A stretch of 64,000 nt of DNA from an uncultured Acidobacteriota bacterium. Lineage in GTDB: Bacteria; Acidobacteriota; Thermoanaerobaculia; Multivoradales; UBA5704. This document shows, in pieces, positions 22,853 to 33,707 of the stretch. Below the pieces are notes generated by a model that searched no databases, was not told where the DNA came from, and worked only from the letters and a program-made list of their open reading frames with translations. Within the stretch, counting starts at the first letter, position 1. Every line of letters begins with the position of its first letter. Position numbers and translations under genes: made by a program. The stretch lies in NCBI GenBank assembly GCA_963700145.1, contig OY969474.1, positions 1,632,001 through 1,696,000 on the forward strand. Direction: 5' to 3'.

Positions 22853-24122
22853 CAGGCCGCTGAGAAACGGCCTTCAACGGCGGGTGCGAGGCTGACAGCG
22901 ATCTGGGAGCGGGCGATGTCGCGTGCGCGGGTGGAAGGGGAGGGCAACAGGCGCCTTGTGGGCGCGTTTGAGCGCCGCTGGTTTTGCTGGGCAGGACCTT
23001 TTTGGGCTATGCCGGCACGAGCAGGCGACTTAATCGGAGCAGGTTGTACGCTGCGGCGGCGAGGCGGGCGGCCAGCTGCGTCCTCGCCACGCCTCGGACC
23101 CTGGTCCGGTGCAGCCCTGCGCAGGTCTTGAGCCAGCCGAAGATCGTCTCGATTCGCCGCCGTACGACCTGACTGATCCGGTAGCCGGGACGGCGCGTTG
23201 TTCGCCGGTCGATTGCCGAGCGCCTGCGCCGGTGGGCATTCTGGGTGACGTGGGGGGTGACGCCGAGCTCTCGGCAGGCAGCCACGAAGCCCTTGGTGTC
23301 GTAGCTCTTATCGGCGCCCACCGTCTTGCGCCGCGAGCCTTCGAGCCGCGCGAGCAGACCCAGAGCTTCGCGACGCTCGGCGAACCCATCGGCCTGGGCC
23401 ACCACGAAGTCCACCAACAATCCGTTGCGGTTCTCCATCAGAGCGTGGCCGGAAAACGAGAGCTTCGCCTCGTGCCCATCCCCCTTGCGGGCCAGGCGCG
23501 CTTCCGGGTCGGTCGTCGAGGCGTGCGTCTCGTTGCTCCGCTTCGTCCCCGTGAAATCGCTCCAGCCGTTGGCGTCTCCGCCCGGTGGCCCGTCCTTGGG
23601 CCGGAAGCTCTTCATCGACGCCCAGGCCTCGATCAGCGTCCCATCCACCGAGAAGTGCTCGCTCGACAGCAGCCGCTGCACGCTCGCCTCAGCCACGATC
23701 GCCGCCAAAAACCGCTCGGCCACCTCGTGCCGGATCAGCCGCTCCCGGTTGCGTGAAAACGTGCTCGCGTCAAACGACGGCTCGTCGAGCTCCAGATCCA
23801 AAAACCAGCGAAACAGCAGGTTGTACTCGAGCTGCTCGCAAAACTGCCGGTCGCTCCGCACCGAAAACAGCGCGATCAGCAGCTGCGCCTTGAGCAGCCG
23901 CTCCGGCGGCACCGACGGCCGCCCCGTCTCGGCGTACATCACCGCAAACACCTCACTCAACTGCCCGAGAGCCCGGTCGGCCAGCCCCTTGATCCGCCGG
24001 ATCGGATGCGCCGCCGGAATCCGCTCCTCCAACGACCCCACCATCAACAACGTCCTCTGCTCGCGCGCTTTCCCTCGCATGGCCTGCAAGGGTAGCGCGA
24101 ACCGGGGTTTTTCAGCAGCCTG
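22853..24122 (-). mobile_element. IS5-family insertion sequence, copy 1 (1270 bp)
   Basis: TIRs CAGGCTGCTGAAAAA / CAGGCCGCTGAGAAA (13/15); CTAG on both sides (22849-22852, 24123-24126). Confidence 0.95.
23007..24080 (-). CDS. IS5-family DDE transposase
   Basis: GRPSVPPERLLKA, YNLLFRWF, HFSVDGTLIEAWAS, GADKSYD, RRRIETIFGWLK, AAYNLLR. Confidence 0.95.
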   Translation of the reverse strand: MRGKAREQRTLLMVGSLEERIPAAHPIRRIKGLADRALGQLSEVFAVMYAETGRPSVPPERLLKAQLLIALFSVRSDRQFCEQLEYNLLFRWFLDLELDEPSFDASTFSRNRERLIRHEVAERFLAAIVAEASVQRLLSSEHFSVDGTLIEAWASMKSFRPKDGPPGGDANGWSDFTGTKRSNETHASTTDPEARLARKGDGHEAKLSFSGHALMENRNGLLVDFVVAQADGFAERREALGLLARLEGSRRKTVGADKSYDTKGFVAACRELGVTPHVTQNAHRRRRSAIDRRTTRRPGYRISQVVRRRIETIFGWLKTCAGLHRTRVRGVARTQLAARLAAAAYNLLRLSRLLVPA

Positions 24123-25070
24123 CTAGCGGAAGTACCCGTTGACGTCGATCACGAGGTGGACCGTTCCAGGGTCTGCGGCGAGGGAGGCCCGGACGCTCAG
24201 CATGCCGCTGCCGATCAGCGCGGCGATGCCGTTGTTTGCCCGCGTCTGGCCGGCGCTGAAGTTGATCGTCGAGGTGAGGGGCTCGACCGTCCCCGCCGCG
24301 AAGACTCGCAGGAACCCAGGCGCGGTCGGGCCGACGACGGTGATGTTGAACGAGACGGCGCGGGCGTCGGCGGGGATTCCGCACTGTCCGCCGAGCAGGA
24401 AGTCGCGGAGCTCGTTCGCGCCGAGAGCGGGCCCGCCGTGGGGACCGTCGGCCAACCGCGTGTCGACAACCCGGCACGGCAGCAGCGTGTAGAAGTCGCT
24501 CGGGGAAAGCGCCGCCGACGGGTCGACGCGAAAATAGGCTGCGCCGCCGCCGAACGGGCTGAGCTTGATCCGCATCGTGATCTCATGTGGCCCCGGCGAG
24601 AGAGAGAACAGACCCTGACTGACGCGCGGATCGGCGATGCACGGCTCGGGGTCGTCGCCACAGTCGGCGCCGAGGTCCCGCGGTGTCGAGGTGGCGCCGA
24701 GCTGGGCGCCGAAGTCGAAGATCTCGAACTGGTCGCCCAGCAAGAACGCGTCGGTCACCGTCAAGGTCGCCCCTCCGGCCGGAGCCGTGAACGTCCACGG
24801 CGGATCGTCGGCGAAAACGGAGTTCCCGCCCGAGCTCGGCACGCAGCCGCCCCCTTGGCAGCCCATCGCAAAGCTTCCCGGGCCGGCGAAACTGAACTCG
24901 TTCCACGGCCCGCCAATCGGTACGGGTCCCGGCGGCGGGCCCGTGCCCGGGGAAGCAGCCGGCCCTCCGACCTCGCGGCTCGCGACACCGTTGCCCTCTT
25001 GGGCAGAAATCTCCTGAGCGAGAAAAACCGCGACGCAGGCGGCCGAGAAGATCGCTCTCCTGCTGACCAT
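24123..25070 (-). CDS. Secreted protein with C-terminal PCRVVDTR...DVNGYF beta domain
   Basis: Signal peptide; Cys-containing N domain (TVTDAF..GDQFEIFD); C domain FYTLLPCRVVDTR..STINF..RANN..IDVNGYF. Confidence 0.8.
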   Translation of the reverse strand: MVSRRAIFSAACVAVFLAQEISAQEGNGVASREVGGPAASPGTGPPPGPVPIGGPWNEFSFAGPGSFAMGCQGGGCVPSSGGNSVFADDPPWTFTAPAGGATLTVTDAFLLGDQFEIFDFGAQLGATSTPRDLGADCGDDPEPCIADPRVSQGLFSLSPGPHEITMRIKLSPFGGGAAYFRVDPSAALSPSDFYTLLPCRVVDTRLADGPHGGPALGANELRDFLLGGQCGIPADARAVSFNITVVGPTAPGFLRVFAAGTVEPLTSTINFSAGQTRANNGIAALIGSGMLSVRASLAADPGTVHLVIDVNGYFR

Positions 25071-25122
25071 TGGATGAGATTCTACTAAATAATCGCTTAG
25101 ATTTCAGGGAACGGACAAAGCC

Positions 25123-26031
25123 TCAACCCTCCTCGCTACTGAAGTCCACGTCTCGGTCGAGGGACGCCAGAACCGACCGATCTTCGCGCCAACCGGGCTC
25201 CAGGCGGACGTGGAGGTCGAGGTAGACGCGCTTCTCCAGGAACTCCTCCAGATCCAGCCGCGCCGCCGTGCCGATGTCCTTGATCGCGCTCCCTGCCTTC
25301 CCTACCAGGATCTTCTTCTGCCCTGGCCGGTCCACCAGGATCGAGGCGAAGATCTTGACCAGGCCAGGTGACCCTTCCTCCTCCTCCCAGCGGTCGATCT
25401 GGACCGCGGTGGCGAAGGGCAGCTCGTCGCGGGTGCGCTCGAGGACCTTCTCGCGGATGCGCTCGGCGGCCAGGAAGCGCTCGGGGTGGATGGTCAGAAG
25501 CTCGGGGTCGTAGAGCGGCGCCCCCTCGGGCAGCAATCCCCATAGCACGTCGAGCAAACGGTCGCAGCCGTCGCCGGTGAGGGCCGAGATCGGCACCAGC
25601 TCGGTGAACAGGCCGCTCTCGCCGTAGCGGCCGAGGAGCGGCAGCAGGTCGGGCTTGCGCACGCGGTCGATCTTGTTGAGGGCCAGGACCTTCGGCCGGT
25701 CTGCCTTCGCCACCTGCTCCAGCATGTAAGCGTCGCCGGCGCCGAAGCGCTCGCCGGTGTCCACCAGCAGGCAGACGACGTCGGCGTCGTTCAAGGCCGC
25801 CATGGCGTGCCGCAGCATCTGGCGGTTGAGGCGGTGGAGCGGCTTGTGGATGCCGGGGGTGTCGTAGAAGACCATCTGCCCGCGCGGCTCGGTGAGGATG
25901 CCGACCAGGCGGTGGCGCGTCGTCTGCGGCTTGTCGGAGACGATCGCCACCTTCTCGGCGAGGAGGCGGTTCATCAGCGTGGACTTGCCGGCGTTGGGGC
26001 GCCCGACCAAGGCCACCGTCCCGGCCTTCAT
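25123..26031 (-). CDS. era: GTPase Era
   Basis: GRPNAGKSTL, PQTTR, DTPG, NKID, KH domain. Confidence 0.97.
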   Translation of the reverse strand: MKAGTVALVGRPNAGKSTLMNRLLAEKVAIVSDKPQTTRHRLVGILTEPRGQMVFYDTPGIHKPLHRLNRQMLRHAMAALNDADVVCLLVDTGERFGAGDAYMLEQVAKADRPKVLALNKIDRVRKPDLLPLLGRYGESGLFTELVPISALTGDGCDRLLDVLWGLLPEGAPLYDPELLTIHPERFLAAERIREKVLERTRDELPFATAVQIDRWEEEEGSPGLVKIFASILVDRPGQKKILVGKAGSAIKDIGTAARLDLEEFLEKRVYLDLHVRLEPGWREDRSVLASLDRDVDFSSEEG

Positions 26032-27296
26032 GCCGTCTCCTCGTCCTCCTCGCGCTTGTCGATCCGCTCGACCCGCACCGACTGGATGCGGCGGTCGGCG
26101 ACCTCCTCGACGATGAAGCGGAGCCCCAAGGCCTCGACGGAGTCGCCGGGCTCCGGCACCCGCCCCAGCACGCCGTAGATCAGCCCGGCCACGGTCTCGA
26201 CCTCCTCCTCGTCCACGTCGACGTGGAAGAGGTCTTCGAGGAGCTCCAGGTGGGCGCGGCCGTCCACCCGGTAGGAGCCGTCTTCCAGCGGCACCAGCTC
26301 GGCCACCAGCGCCTCGTGCTCGTCCATGATCTCGCCGACGATCTCCTCGAGCAGGTCCTCGACCGTCACCATGCCGGCGGTGCCGCCGTACTCGTCGACC
26401 ACGATGGCAATCTGCTGGAAACGCGCCTGCAGCTCCTTGAGCAGCTCGCCCAGGGGCTTGGTCTCGGGGATGAAGAACGGCGGCTTCAGCAGCTCGGATA
26501 CCGGCGGCCGCTCGGCGCTGCGCAGGGCGCGCAGCACGTCGCGGATGTGGAGGATGCCGGCGATGCGGTCGATCGACTCCTCGTAGATCGGCAGGCGCGA
26601 GTGCCCGGACTCGATGAAGCGCTCGGCGAGGTCGTCGAGCGAAGTGTCGGCCGGCGCCACTACCATGTCCACCCGCGGCGTCATGACGCTGCGCACCTGG
26701 GTGTCGCCGAAGCCGACGATGCTCCAGACCAGGTCCCCCTCCTCCGGCTCCAGGATCCCCTCGCGCGTGCCGACGTCGATGAAGGCCTCGATCTCCTCGT
26801 CTGTCGCCTCTTCCTCCTCCTCCCCCTCCCGCCGCTCGGGGACGCCCGGCAGGAACGGCGCGATGAGCAGGATGAGCGGCCCGAGCAGCAGGTAGAGGAC
26901 GCGGTAGACGCGGGTCAGGCGGCGCAGCGCGCCTTCGGGGTCGCGGCCCACCAGCCCGCGGTTGGTGGCCTCGCTGACCAGGACGACGAGCGCCGTGCCG
27001 GCGAACGCCCAGAGGAGCGCGCCGCGGACACCCAGCACGGCGAGGAGGCGCGCCAGCAGGACGAAGAGCAGGAGCGGCAGGAGGCGCGCGGCCAGGGAGA
27101 GGAGGACGCGGAAGGCGGCGAAGCGGGGCGCCTGCTCGTAGAGCTTGCGCAGCGGGCCGCCCGCCCCCTCGACCCAGTGGCGGAGCCGGATCGGGCCGCT
27201 GCGCTCGAGGAGGGCGGAGACGACGGCCAAGAGCACCGCCAGCGGCACCAGCAGCGTCGCCCCCCAGACCAGCGGCGAGATCCCGACCTCAGGCAT
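26028..27296 (-). CDS. Hemolysin/CorC-family CBS-domain protein
   Basis: N-terminal TMs, [34 protein letters not shown]. Confidence 0.92.
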   Translation of the reverse strand: MPEVGISPLVWGATLLVPLAVLLAVVSALLERSGPIRLRHWVEGAGGPLRKLYEQAPRFAAFRVLLSLAARLLPLLLFVLLARLLAVLGVRGALLWAFAGTALVVLVSEATNRGLVGRDPEGALRRLTRVYRVLYLLLGPLILLIAPFLPGVPERREGEEEEEATDEEIEAFIDVGTREGILEPEEGDLVWSIVGFGDTQVRSVMTPRVDMVVAPADTSLDDLAERFIESGHSRLPIYEESIDRIAGILHIRDVLRALRSAERPPVSELLKPPFFIPETKPLGELLKELQARFQQIAIVVDEYGGTAGMVTVEDLLEEIVGEIMDEHEALVAELVPLEDGSYRVDGRAHLELLEDLFHVDVDEEEVETVAGLIYGVLGRVPEPGDSVEALGLRFIVEEVADRRIQSVRVERIDKREEDEETA

Positions 27297-27747
27297 CCGC
27301 CACCCAGGTGCGGCGGAGACGCCGCTCGAGACGCGCCATCGCGCCGTCGTCGGTCTCGTGGTCGTGGCCCAGGCAGTGGAGGACACCGTGGAGCAGGAGG
27401 AGCCGCAGCTCGCGCTCGACCGGGTGGCCGGCCGCCGCCGCCTGCCGGCGCGCCGCCGGCACCGAGACCAGGACGTCGCCGAGGTGCCACCCCTCGGGGC
27501 CGCGCCCGCCGGGAAAGGAGAGGACGTCGGTCGCGCGGTCCTTGCCGCGGTAGTCGCGGTTGACCCGGCGCACGAGGGCGTCGCCGGCGAAGCGCACGGC
27601 GAAGCTTCCGGCCTCCGGCGCCAGCGTCCCGACCAGCCGCTCCAGCCAGGGCCGCAGCCGCCGGGCCGCGGCCTCGGGGTAGCGGTTGGGGTTCTGGCAA
27701 GCCACCTCGCGGCGGGCCGGCGCGGTCGCCGCGCGCGCGCCGCTCAA
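27289..27747 (-). CDS. ybeY: rRNA maturation RNase YbeY
   Basis: TDVLSF, HGVLHCLGHDH. Confidence 0.95.
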   Translation of the reverse strand: MSGARAATAPARREVACQNPNRYPEAAARRLRPWLERLVGTLAPEAGSFAVRFAGDALVRRVNRDYRGKDRATDVLSFPGGRGPEGWHLGDVLVSVPAARRQAAAAGHPVERELRLLLLHGVLHCLGHDHETDDGAMARLERRLRRTWVADA

Positions 27748-30131
27748 GAGGCGCGCGCGGCCGGGACCGGCCGCCTGGGCACCCGCGCGTTGAAGTCGAA
27801 GCCGGGGTAGTCGATGCGCTGGTGGAAGATGGTGGAGAGCACCCGCTCGAAGGCCTCGCCGACCTTCGTCAGGTCGGCCAGGGTGAGCGCGGTCTCGTCG
27901 AGCTGGCGGTCGTCGAAGCAGTCGTCGAAGAGGGTGCGGATCAGGGCGCGGATCTTGGCGGTCGTCGGCTCGGCGAGGGTGCGGCTTGCCGCCTCGACGG
28001 CGTCGGCCAGCATCAGCACCCCCATCTCCCGCCCCTGCGGCCGCGGGCCGGGGTAGCGGTAGGCCTCTTCGGTCACCTCACCGCCGCCGGGTCCGGCGAG
28101 CTCCTGCGCCCGGTTGTAGAAGTACCTGATGAGCCGGGTGCCGTGGTGCTGCTCGATGGCGTCGACCAGGAGCTGCGGCAGCTTGTGCTGGCGCGCCAGC
28201 CCGACGCCGTCCTTGACGTGTGCGACGAGGATGAAGGCGCTCATCGACGGCGCCAGCTTGTCGTGCGGGTTCTGGCCCGGGCGCTGGTTCTCGATGAAGT
28301 AGTCGGGGCGGAAGACCTTGCCGACGTCGTGGTAGAGGGCGCCGGCGTAGGCGAGGACGGTGTCGGCGCCGATCGCCTCGCACCCCTCCTTGGCCAGGTT
28401 CGCCACCATCAGCGAGTGCTGGAAGGTGCCCGGCGCCTCGAAGGCCAGCCGGCGCAGCAGCGGCAGGTTGGTGTTCGACAGCTCGACGAGCTTGATGTCG
28501 GTGGTGATGCCGAGCGCCCCTTCGAGCGCCGGCAGCGCGAAGCTCGCCACCGCCGCCACCAGGATCCCGCCGCCGAAGCCCATCAGCAGGTCGAAGACGG
28601 CGTGCAGGAGGCCGCGCTCGGCGCCGCCCGAAAAGCCGTAGAGGACCAGCACCATCGCCACGTTGGCCAAGCCCACCCAGAGCCCCACCCGCAGCAGCGC
28701 CGCGCGGTGCTTGAACTGGTGGCGCTCGACGGCGTAGACCGCGGCGAGCGAGCCGCCGAGGGCGTAGAAGACGAGCCAGGGCTCGGCCTCGGCCAGGCGC
28801 CCGGCAAGGGCGGCGTAGACCAGGCCGACGACCAGCGCTGCCTGGCGGCCGAAGAGGAGGGCGGCCAGGAGCGCGGTGGCGGCGAAGGGGACGGCGTAGG
28901 TGTAGCTGCGCAGCGAGTCGAGCGGCGGGGCGTCGAAGGAGCGCGCCAGGGCCCCCGCCAGCACCAGGTGGAGCTTGGTGCCGAGGAGGGCGACGAGGAG
29001 GAGCAGCAACGCCTCGCCGAAGAGCCGCGGCCGGCCGTGGTGCGGCAGCCGCTCGTGGCGCAGGCCGAGCCAGACCGCGCCGGCCGCCAGGGCGAGGAGG
29101 AGGAGCGTGCCGAGGAGGGTGGGAATGAACTGGCGCGCCCGCCGGTCGCCGAGGAGCTGGGCGATCGCCCGCGCCTGCGCCGGCGTCACCTGGTCGCCGG
29201 TGCGGGCGATGACCTGCCCCCTTCGCACCTGCGTGAAGACCGGCGCCACCGCGGCCACCGCCGCCTCCTGCCGCGCCAGGGTCTCGCTGCGGTTGCGGTC
29301 GAGGTTGGGCTTCAAGTTGGCGAGAGCGAGATCGACGACGATCCCCCGCTCGCGGCGCGTCAGATCCGGCCAGTCGCGCACCTCATCCTCGAGGAAGCCG
29401 CGGGTCTCGTCCGGGTAGCCCAAGTGGTCGAAGAGGTCGAAGTGTTTCTGCGCCGCGCCGGTCTCGGGGTTGCGCAGGGTGACGCCGCGCAGGCGGTGCT
29501 CCAGGAGCAGCCCCTTGTTGGCCGCGATGCCGCGCCGCAGGGCCTTGGTGAAGAGGCCGGTCAGCCGCTCCTCCAACGGCCGCCGGAAGCCCTTGGCGGC
29601 GAGGAGGGCGAGCGGCTCGTCGCCGACCTCGAGGCCGGCGACGGCGGGCGGCGTGCCCTCGCGCAGCTCGCGCTGCAGCTCGGCCAGGGCCGAGGCGCGC
29701 CCCGCCGCCTCCTCCCCGGCCCGCGCCAGCAGGCCCCGGCCGCGGGTAAAGAGGCGCTCGATCTGCACGCCGCGCTCGCGCGCCACCGCCAGGTCGAGGT
29801 CGTAGACCGGCAGCACCTCCTGCCGCGCCCCCGCCTGCTTCTCGCGCGTCGTCGCCTCGTCGGGCAGGAGGAGATCGCGGCTGGCGACGTAGTCGCGCGG
29901 CGCGATCGCCCCCGCCGCCACCTTGGGCGCGGTCAGGAACCCCGCCGGCAGCAGGGCCCAGCCGCCGGCGAGGAGGAAGAGCACCGTCCACAGCGCCGGC
30001 GCCTCCAGCGCCCGCTGCCAGAGCCCGCCCGCGAGGTCGGCGACGCGGCGGCCGAGCGGCGGGCGCATCAGGTGGTGGGCGCCGCTGGCGTCGGGGTCGA
30101 AGGGGGTGGGGCGCGGCTTCGGCTTGGGCAT
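27744..30131 (-). CDS. 7TM-HD phosphohydrolase (PgpH-like)
   Basis: Extracellular domain, 7 TMs, APGTFQHS, YHDVGK, HHGT, LADAVEAA. Confidence 0.9.
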   Translation of the reverse strand: MPKPKPRPTPFDPDASGAHHLMRPPLGRRVADLAGGLWQRALEAPALWTVLFLLAGGWALLPAGFLTAPKVAAGAIAPRDYVASRDLLLPDEATTREKQAGARQEVLPVYDLDLAVARERGVQIERLFTRGRGLLARAGEEAAGRASALAELQRELREGTPPAVAGLEVGDEPLALLAAKGFRRPLEERLTGLFTKALRRGIAANKGLLLEHRLRGVTLRNPETGAAQKHFDLFDHLGYPDETRGFLEDEVRDWPDLTRRERGIVVDLALANLKPNLDRNRSETLARQEAAVAAVAPVFTQVRRGQVIARTGDQVTPAQARAIAQLLGDRRARQFIPTLLGTLLLLALAAGAVWLGLRHERLPHHGRPRLFGEALLLLLVALLGTKLHLVLAGALARSFDAPPLDSLRSYTYAVPFAATALLAALLFGRQAALVVGLVYAALAGRLAEAEPWLVFYALGGSLAAVYAVERHQFKHRAALLRVGLWVGLANVAMVLVLYGFSGGAERGLLHAVFDLLMGFGGGILVAAVASFALPALEGALGITTDIKLVELSNTNLPLLRRLAFEAPGTFQHSLMVANLAKEGCEAIGADTVLAYAGALYHDVGKVFRPDYFIENQRPGQNPHDKLAPSMSAFILVAHVKDGVGLARQHKLPQLLVDAIEQHHGTRLIRYFYNRAQELAGPGGGEVTEEAYRYPGPRPQGREMGVLMLADAVEAASRTLAEPTTAKIRALIRTLFDDCFDDRQLDETALTLADLTKVGEAFERVLSTIFHQRIDYPGFDFNARVPRRPVPAARAS

Positions 30132-30147
30132 GGGTGGCCGGCGCCGC

Positions 30148-31146
<999 letters not shown>

Positions 31147-31321
31147 CGTGGGTCGGACAATCTCAGGGGCGCTGGGGCCGGAAGGCATTTAGTGTAGCAG
31201 CATCCCTGCAAGGCCCCGGCCAGAGGGGCCAATCCGGGCAATTCGGATGCTCTCTGGTATGCTGCCTCAAACCTTTAGGCATCACTGAACCGGGGAGTCC
31301 AAAGGAGGTACGGGCGACGCG

Positions 31322-31879
31322 ATGCCGGCCTGGGACCATCTCCACAAGTGGCTCATGACCGCCGTCGGCGGGACCATCGCGACGCTCGCCGGCGGCTATC
31401 TGCTTCACGTCTTCCTTCAGCCCCAGACCACGCCGCCCGTCGCGTCGGTTCGAGCTGACGAAACCGCTCGTGCAGACCCGGTTCCACCGGCTCGGCAAAC
31501 CGGCGGCTACCTCGTCGAGCGCCCCGCTCTTTCCGAGACTCCCATCCAGACACCTGCCCCGGAGCCGGCGGCTGAGACCCTCGAACCGGTCGCGCCGCGC
31601 CCCGCCGGAGGCCCGAAGCTCCTCTCACCGGCGGCGCCGGTCCTGTTCTCGGAGATCGACACGCTCGTGAGCGTCAGCTTCCGCGAGACTCTGGGCTCCC
31701 GGTACGCGGAGTTCGTCGTCGATGCGCCCGGCAGCGAGAGCTTCCGTTTCCCGGCGCGGAGCGCGGGCGCCGCGCAGGAGTTCGAGACCGGAGGACGGCG
31801 CTTCGAGATCCGCGTCGTCGCAATCGACTGGCAGGGAATGACATCGCAGGTCATGTTACGGCCGGCTGCCGGCTCGTGA
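31322..31879 (+). CDS. Hypothetical membrane-anchored protein
   Basis: AGGAGG RBS, N-terminal TM, Pro-rich linker, C-terminal beta domain. Confidence 0.7.
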   Translation: MPAWDHLHKWLMTAVGGTIATLAGGYLLHVFLQPQTTPPVASVRADETARADPVPPARQTGGYLVERPALSETPIQTPAPEPAAETLEPVAPRPAGGPKLLSPAAPVLFSEIDTLVSVSFRETLGSRYAEFVVDAPGSESFRFPARSAGAAQEFETGGRRFEIRVVAIDWQGMTSQVMLRPAAGS

Positions 31880-31887
31880 GGAACTCA

Positions 31888-32899
31888 ATGAAGCGAGTCT
31901 CACCGCCATCGCTTTCCGCGGTCTTCCTCTTGCTCTTCTCAGCCGCGTCCTGGGCGCAGGCGCCCCAAGACCTCGAAGGCGGCATCCGCGACCTCGCCGC
32001 CCAGCTAGCACAAGGCATGGCGGGTCAGGTGAAGAAGGTGGCCGTAGTCGAGTTCCCCGACCTGAACGGGTATCAATCGACTCTCGGTCAGTTCATCGCC
32101 GAGGAGCTGATCACCCAGCTCTCCGCCGGCAAGGCGCCTGGTCAGTTCGATGTGGTCGAGCGCCGCCTTCTCGCGCGGGTGCTGAAGGAGCAGGAGCTCA
32201 CGGACAGCAGCCTCTTCGATGCTGAGTCGATCGCCAAGATCGGCAAGATCCCTCGGCATCGAGGCGATAGTCACCGGCTCGATCGCGGACCTAGGCTCGG
32301 ACGTCAAGATCAACGGTCGCGCGATTTCAGTCGAGAGCGCCAAAGTCTTCGCCGCCGCGTCGGCCAAGATCCCGAAGACCGACACCGTACAGCAGCTCAT
32401 GCGACAGAATGCCGGTCAGGCTGCGCTCTTGTCAGCCTCCGCGCCTGCCTCGCGGGTGGCACAGCGGAGCGACGTGTACTTCCAGAACGACTTTCTGCGG
32501 GTTGATATCTCGTCCGCGGCACTTTCCAAGGCCAAGGACCGCCTGACGCTTTCCCTGATTCTTCAGAACACCTCGAGCCAGGAGATTCTCGTCGCAATGG
32601 ACAAGTACGGAGGTTGTCTAGCCCGAGTGGTCGATAACTCCGGCATAGTCGCACCTAGCGACAACGGCGGCGCCGTCATGGTCACAGGAGTACGCTGCCT
32701 CGACTGGAGAGAGAGACCCGAGAACTACGCCCGACTCAGCCCAGGAGCTAAGACGCCTATCGTGCTCGCCTTCGAGACAGAGCGCGAAGAGCCGTTTGGA
32801 GGCGGCCCCTTCTCTTTCAGCGCCGAATTCCTGCGGCTCGATGGAGGCAGCTACTCGCGTTTCACCATCGGACTCTCGGACATCGCGGTTAGAGACTGA
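31888..32899 (+). pseudogene. FlgO/CsgG-like exported protein with a +1 frameshift near 32251
   Basis: Signal peptide, VAVVEF..LG.FIAEELIT..FDVVER..VLKEQ; ...KIGKI continues as LGIEAIVTGSI..VKINGR in ORF 32219..32899. Confidence 0.75.
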
Positions 32900-32930
32900 G
32901 GGCAGCGCGAGGGCCCCGCACCCGCACGGC

Positions 32931-33380
32931 TCAGCTCTCTCTTCCCGGAGGTCGGGTCGCTCCAAGCAGGGATTCGACCTCTTCGATGAGCATAGGAAGG
33001 TTCGGCTGGTTGAAGCTCATTCCGGGCGCCGGGATGCGGTTGTGCTTCATCTCGGGAGGGACGTGCTTGTGGTGGGGGAACGTGCTCTGCAACGCCGGCT
33101 CGTTCGGATGGGGCTGCGGGTCGTACCAGTAGAGCTTCTCGCCGCCTTGCCAAGCCTCGTAAGCGTAGCCGGCGATGACTACCGGAAGGCGATCGAAGAC
33201 CAGCCTTTCGCGGACGACGAGCCGAATGCTGCGATCGAAATACAGCTCACCTTCCACGCGCGCCAGCGAGCTGCCACGCCTGACCAATGTGATCGTGGAA
33301 CGCCGAGTGCTGGCGAATCGCTCGGTCAGGGTGTAGAGGAAGAGCTCGTAGTCCTCGACCGTGCGGAGCGCGTCGGTCAC
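32931..33380 (-). CDS. DUF6516 (TumE-like) toxin
   Basis: Y.YE.W..KLYWYDPQPHP..STFPHHKH; GTG 3' of and overlapping the partner stop. Confidence 0.75.
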   Translation of the reverse strand: MTDALRTVEDYELFLYTLTERFASTRRSTITLVRRGSSLARVEGELYFDRSIRLVVRERLVFDRLPVVIAGYAYEAWQGGEKLYWYDPQPHPNEPALQSTFPHHKHVPPEMKHNRIPAPGMSFNQPNLPMLIEEVESLLGATRPPGRES

Positions 33381-33646
33381 GCGACCACGCGAACCAGACC
33401 TGCGAGGCTCGAGCGGCCCCCTTGGAGGGCCTGGATCTCGTTGCGGTACTCGGCTTGCCTTTCCAGCCACGTGCGGTAGACGCTCGCCCACTCGGCGAAG
33501 TCGAGCACCCAGGCTTCGTCCTCCGGCTCCTCACCGGCCGCATAGGCGGCATAGAAAGTCTCGGAGCGAAGGCCGTACCTGCGCTCGAGCTCCAGCAGCT
33601 CCTCTTCCAGAGCGTGGATGTCGGCCAGGATCTCTTGCGGAGTCAT
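33377..33646 (-). CDS. Putative antitoxin (TumA-like)
   Basis: LERRYGLRSETFY..DFAEWA; paired with the DUF6516 gene; TATACT -10 and GAGG RBS. Confidence 0.7.
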   Translation of the reverse strand: MTPQEILADIHALEEELLELERRYGLRSETFYAAYAAGEEPEDEAWVLDFAEWASVYRTWLERQAEYRNEIQALQGGRSSLAGLVRVVA

Positions 33647-33707
33647 GGGCTTTCCTCGGGCATCGAGTATAGACGGGGGTTAAGACGCCCGGCACGTGGG
33701 CCGGGCG

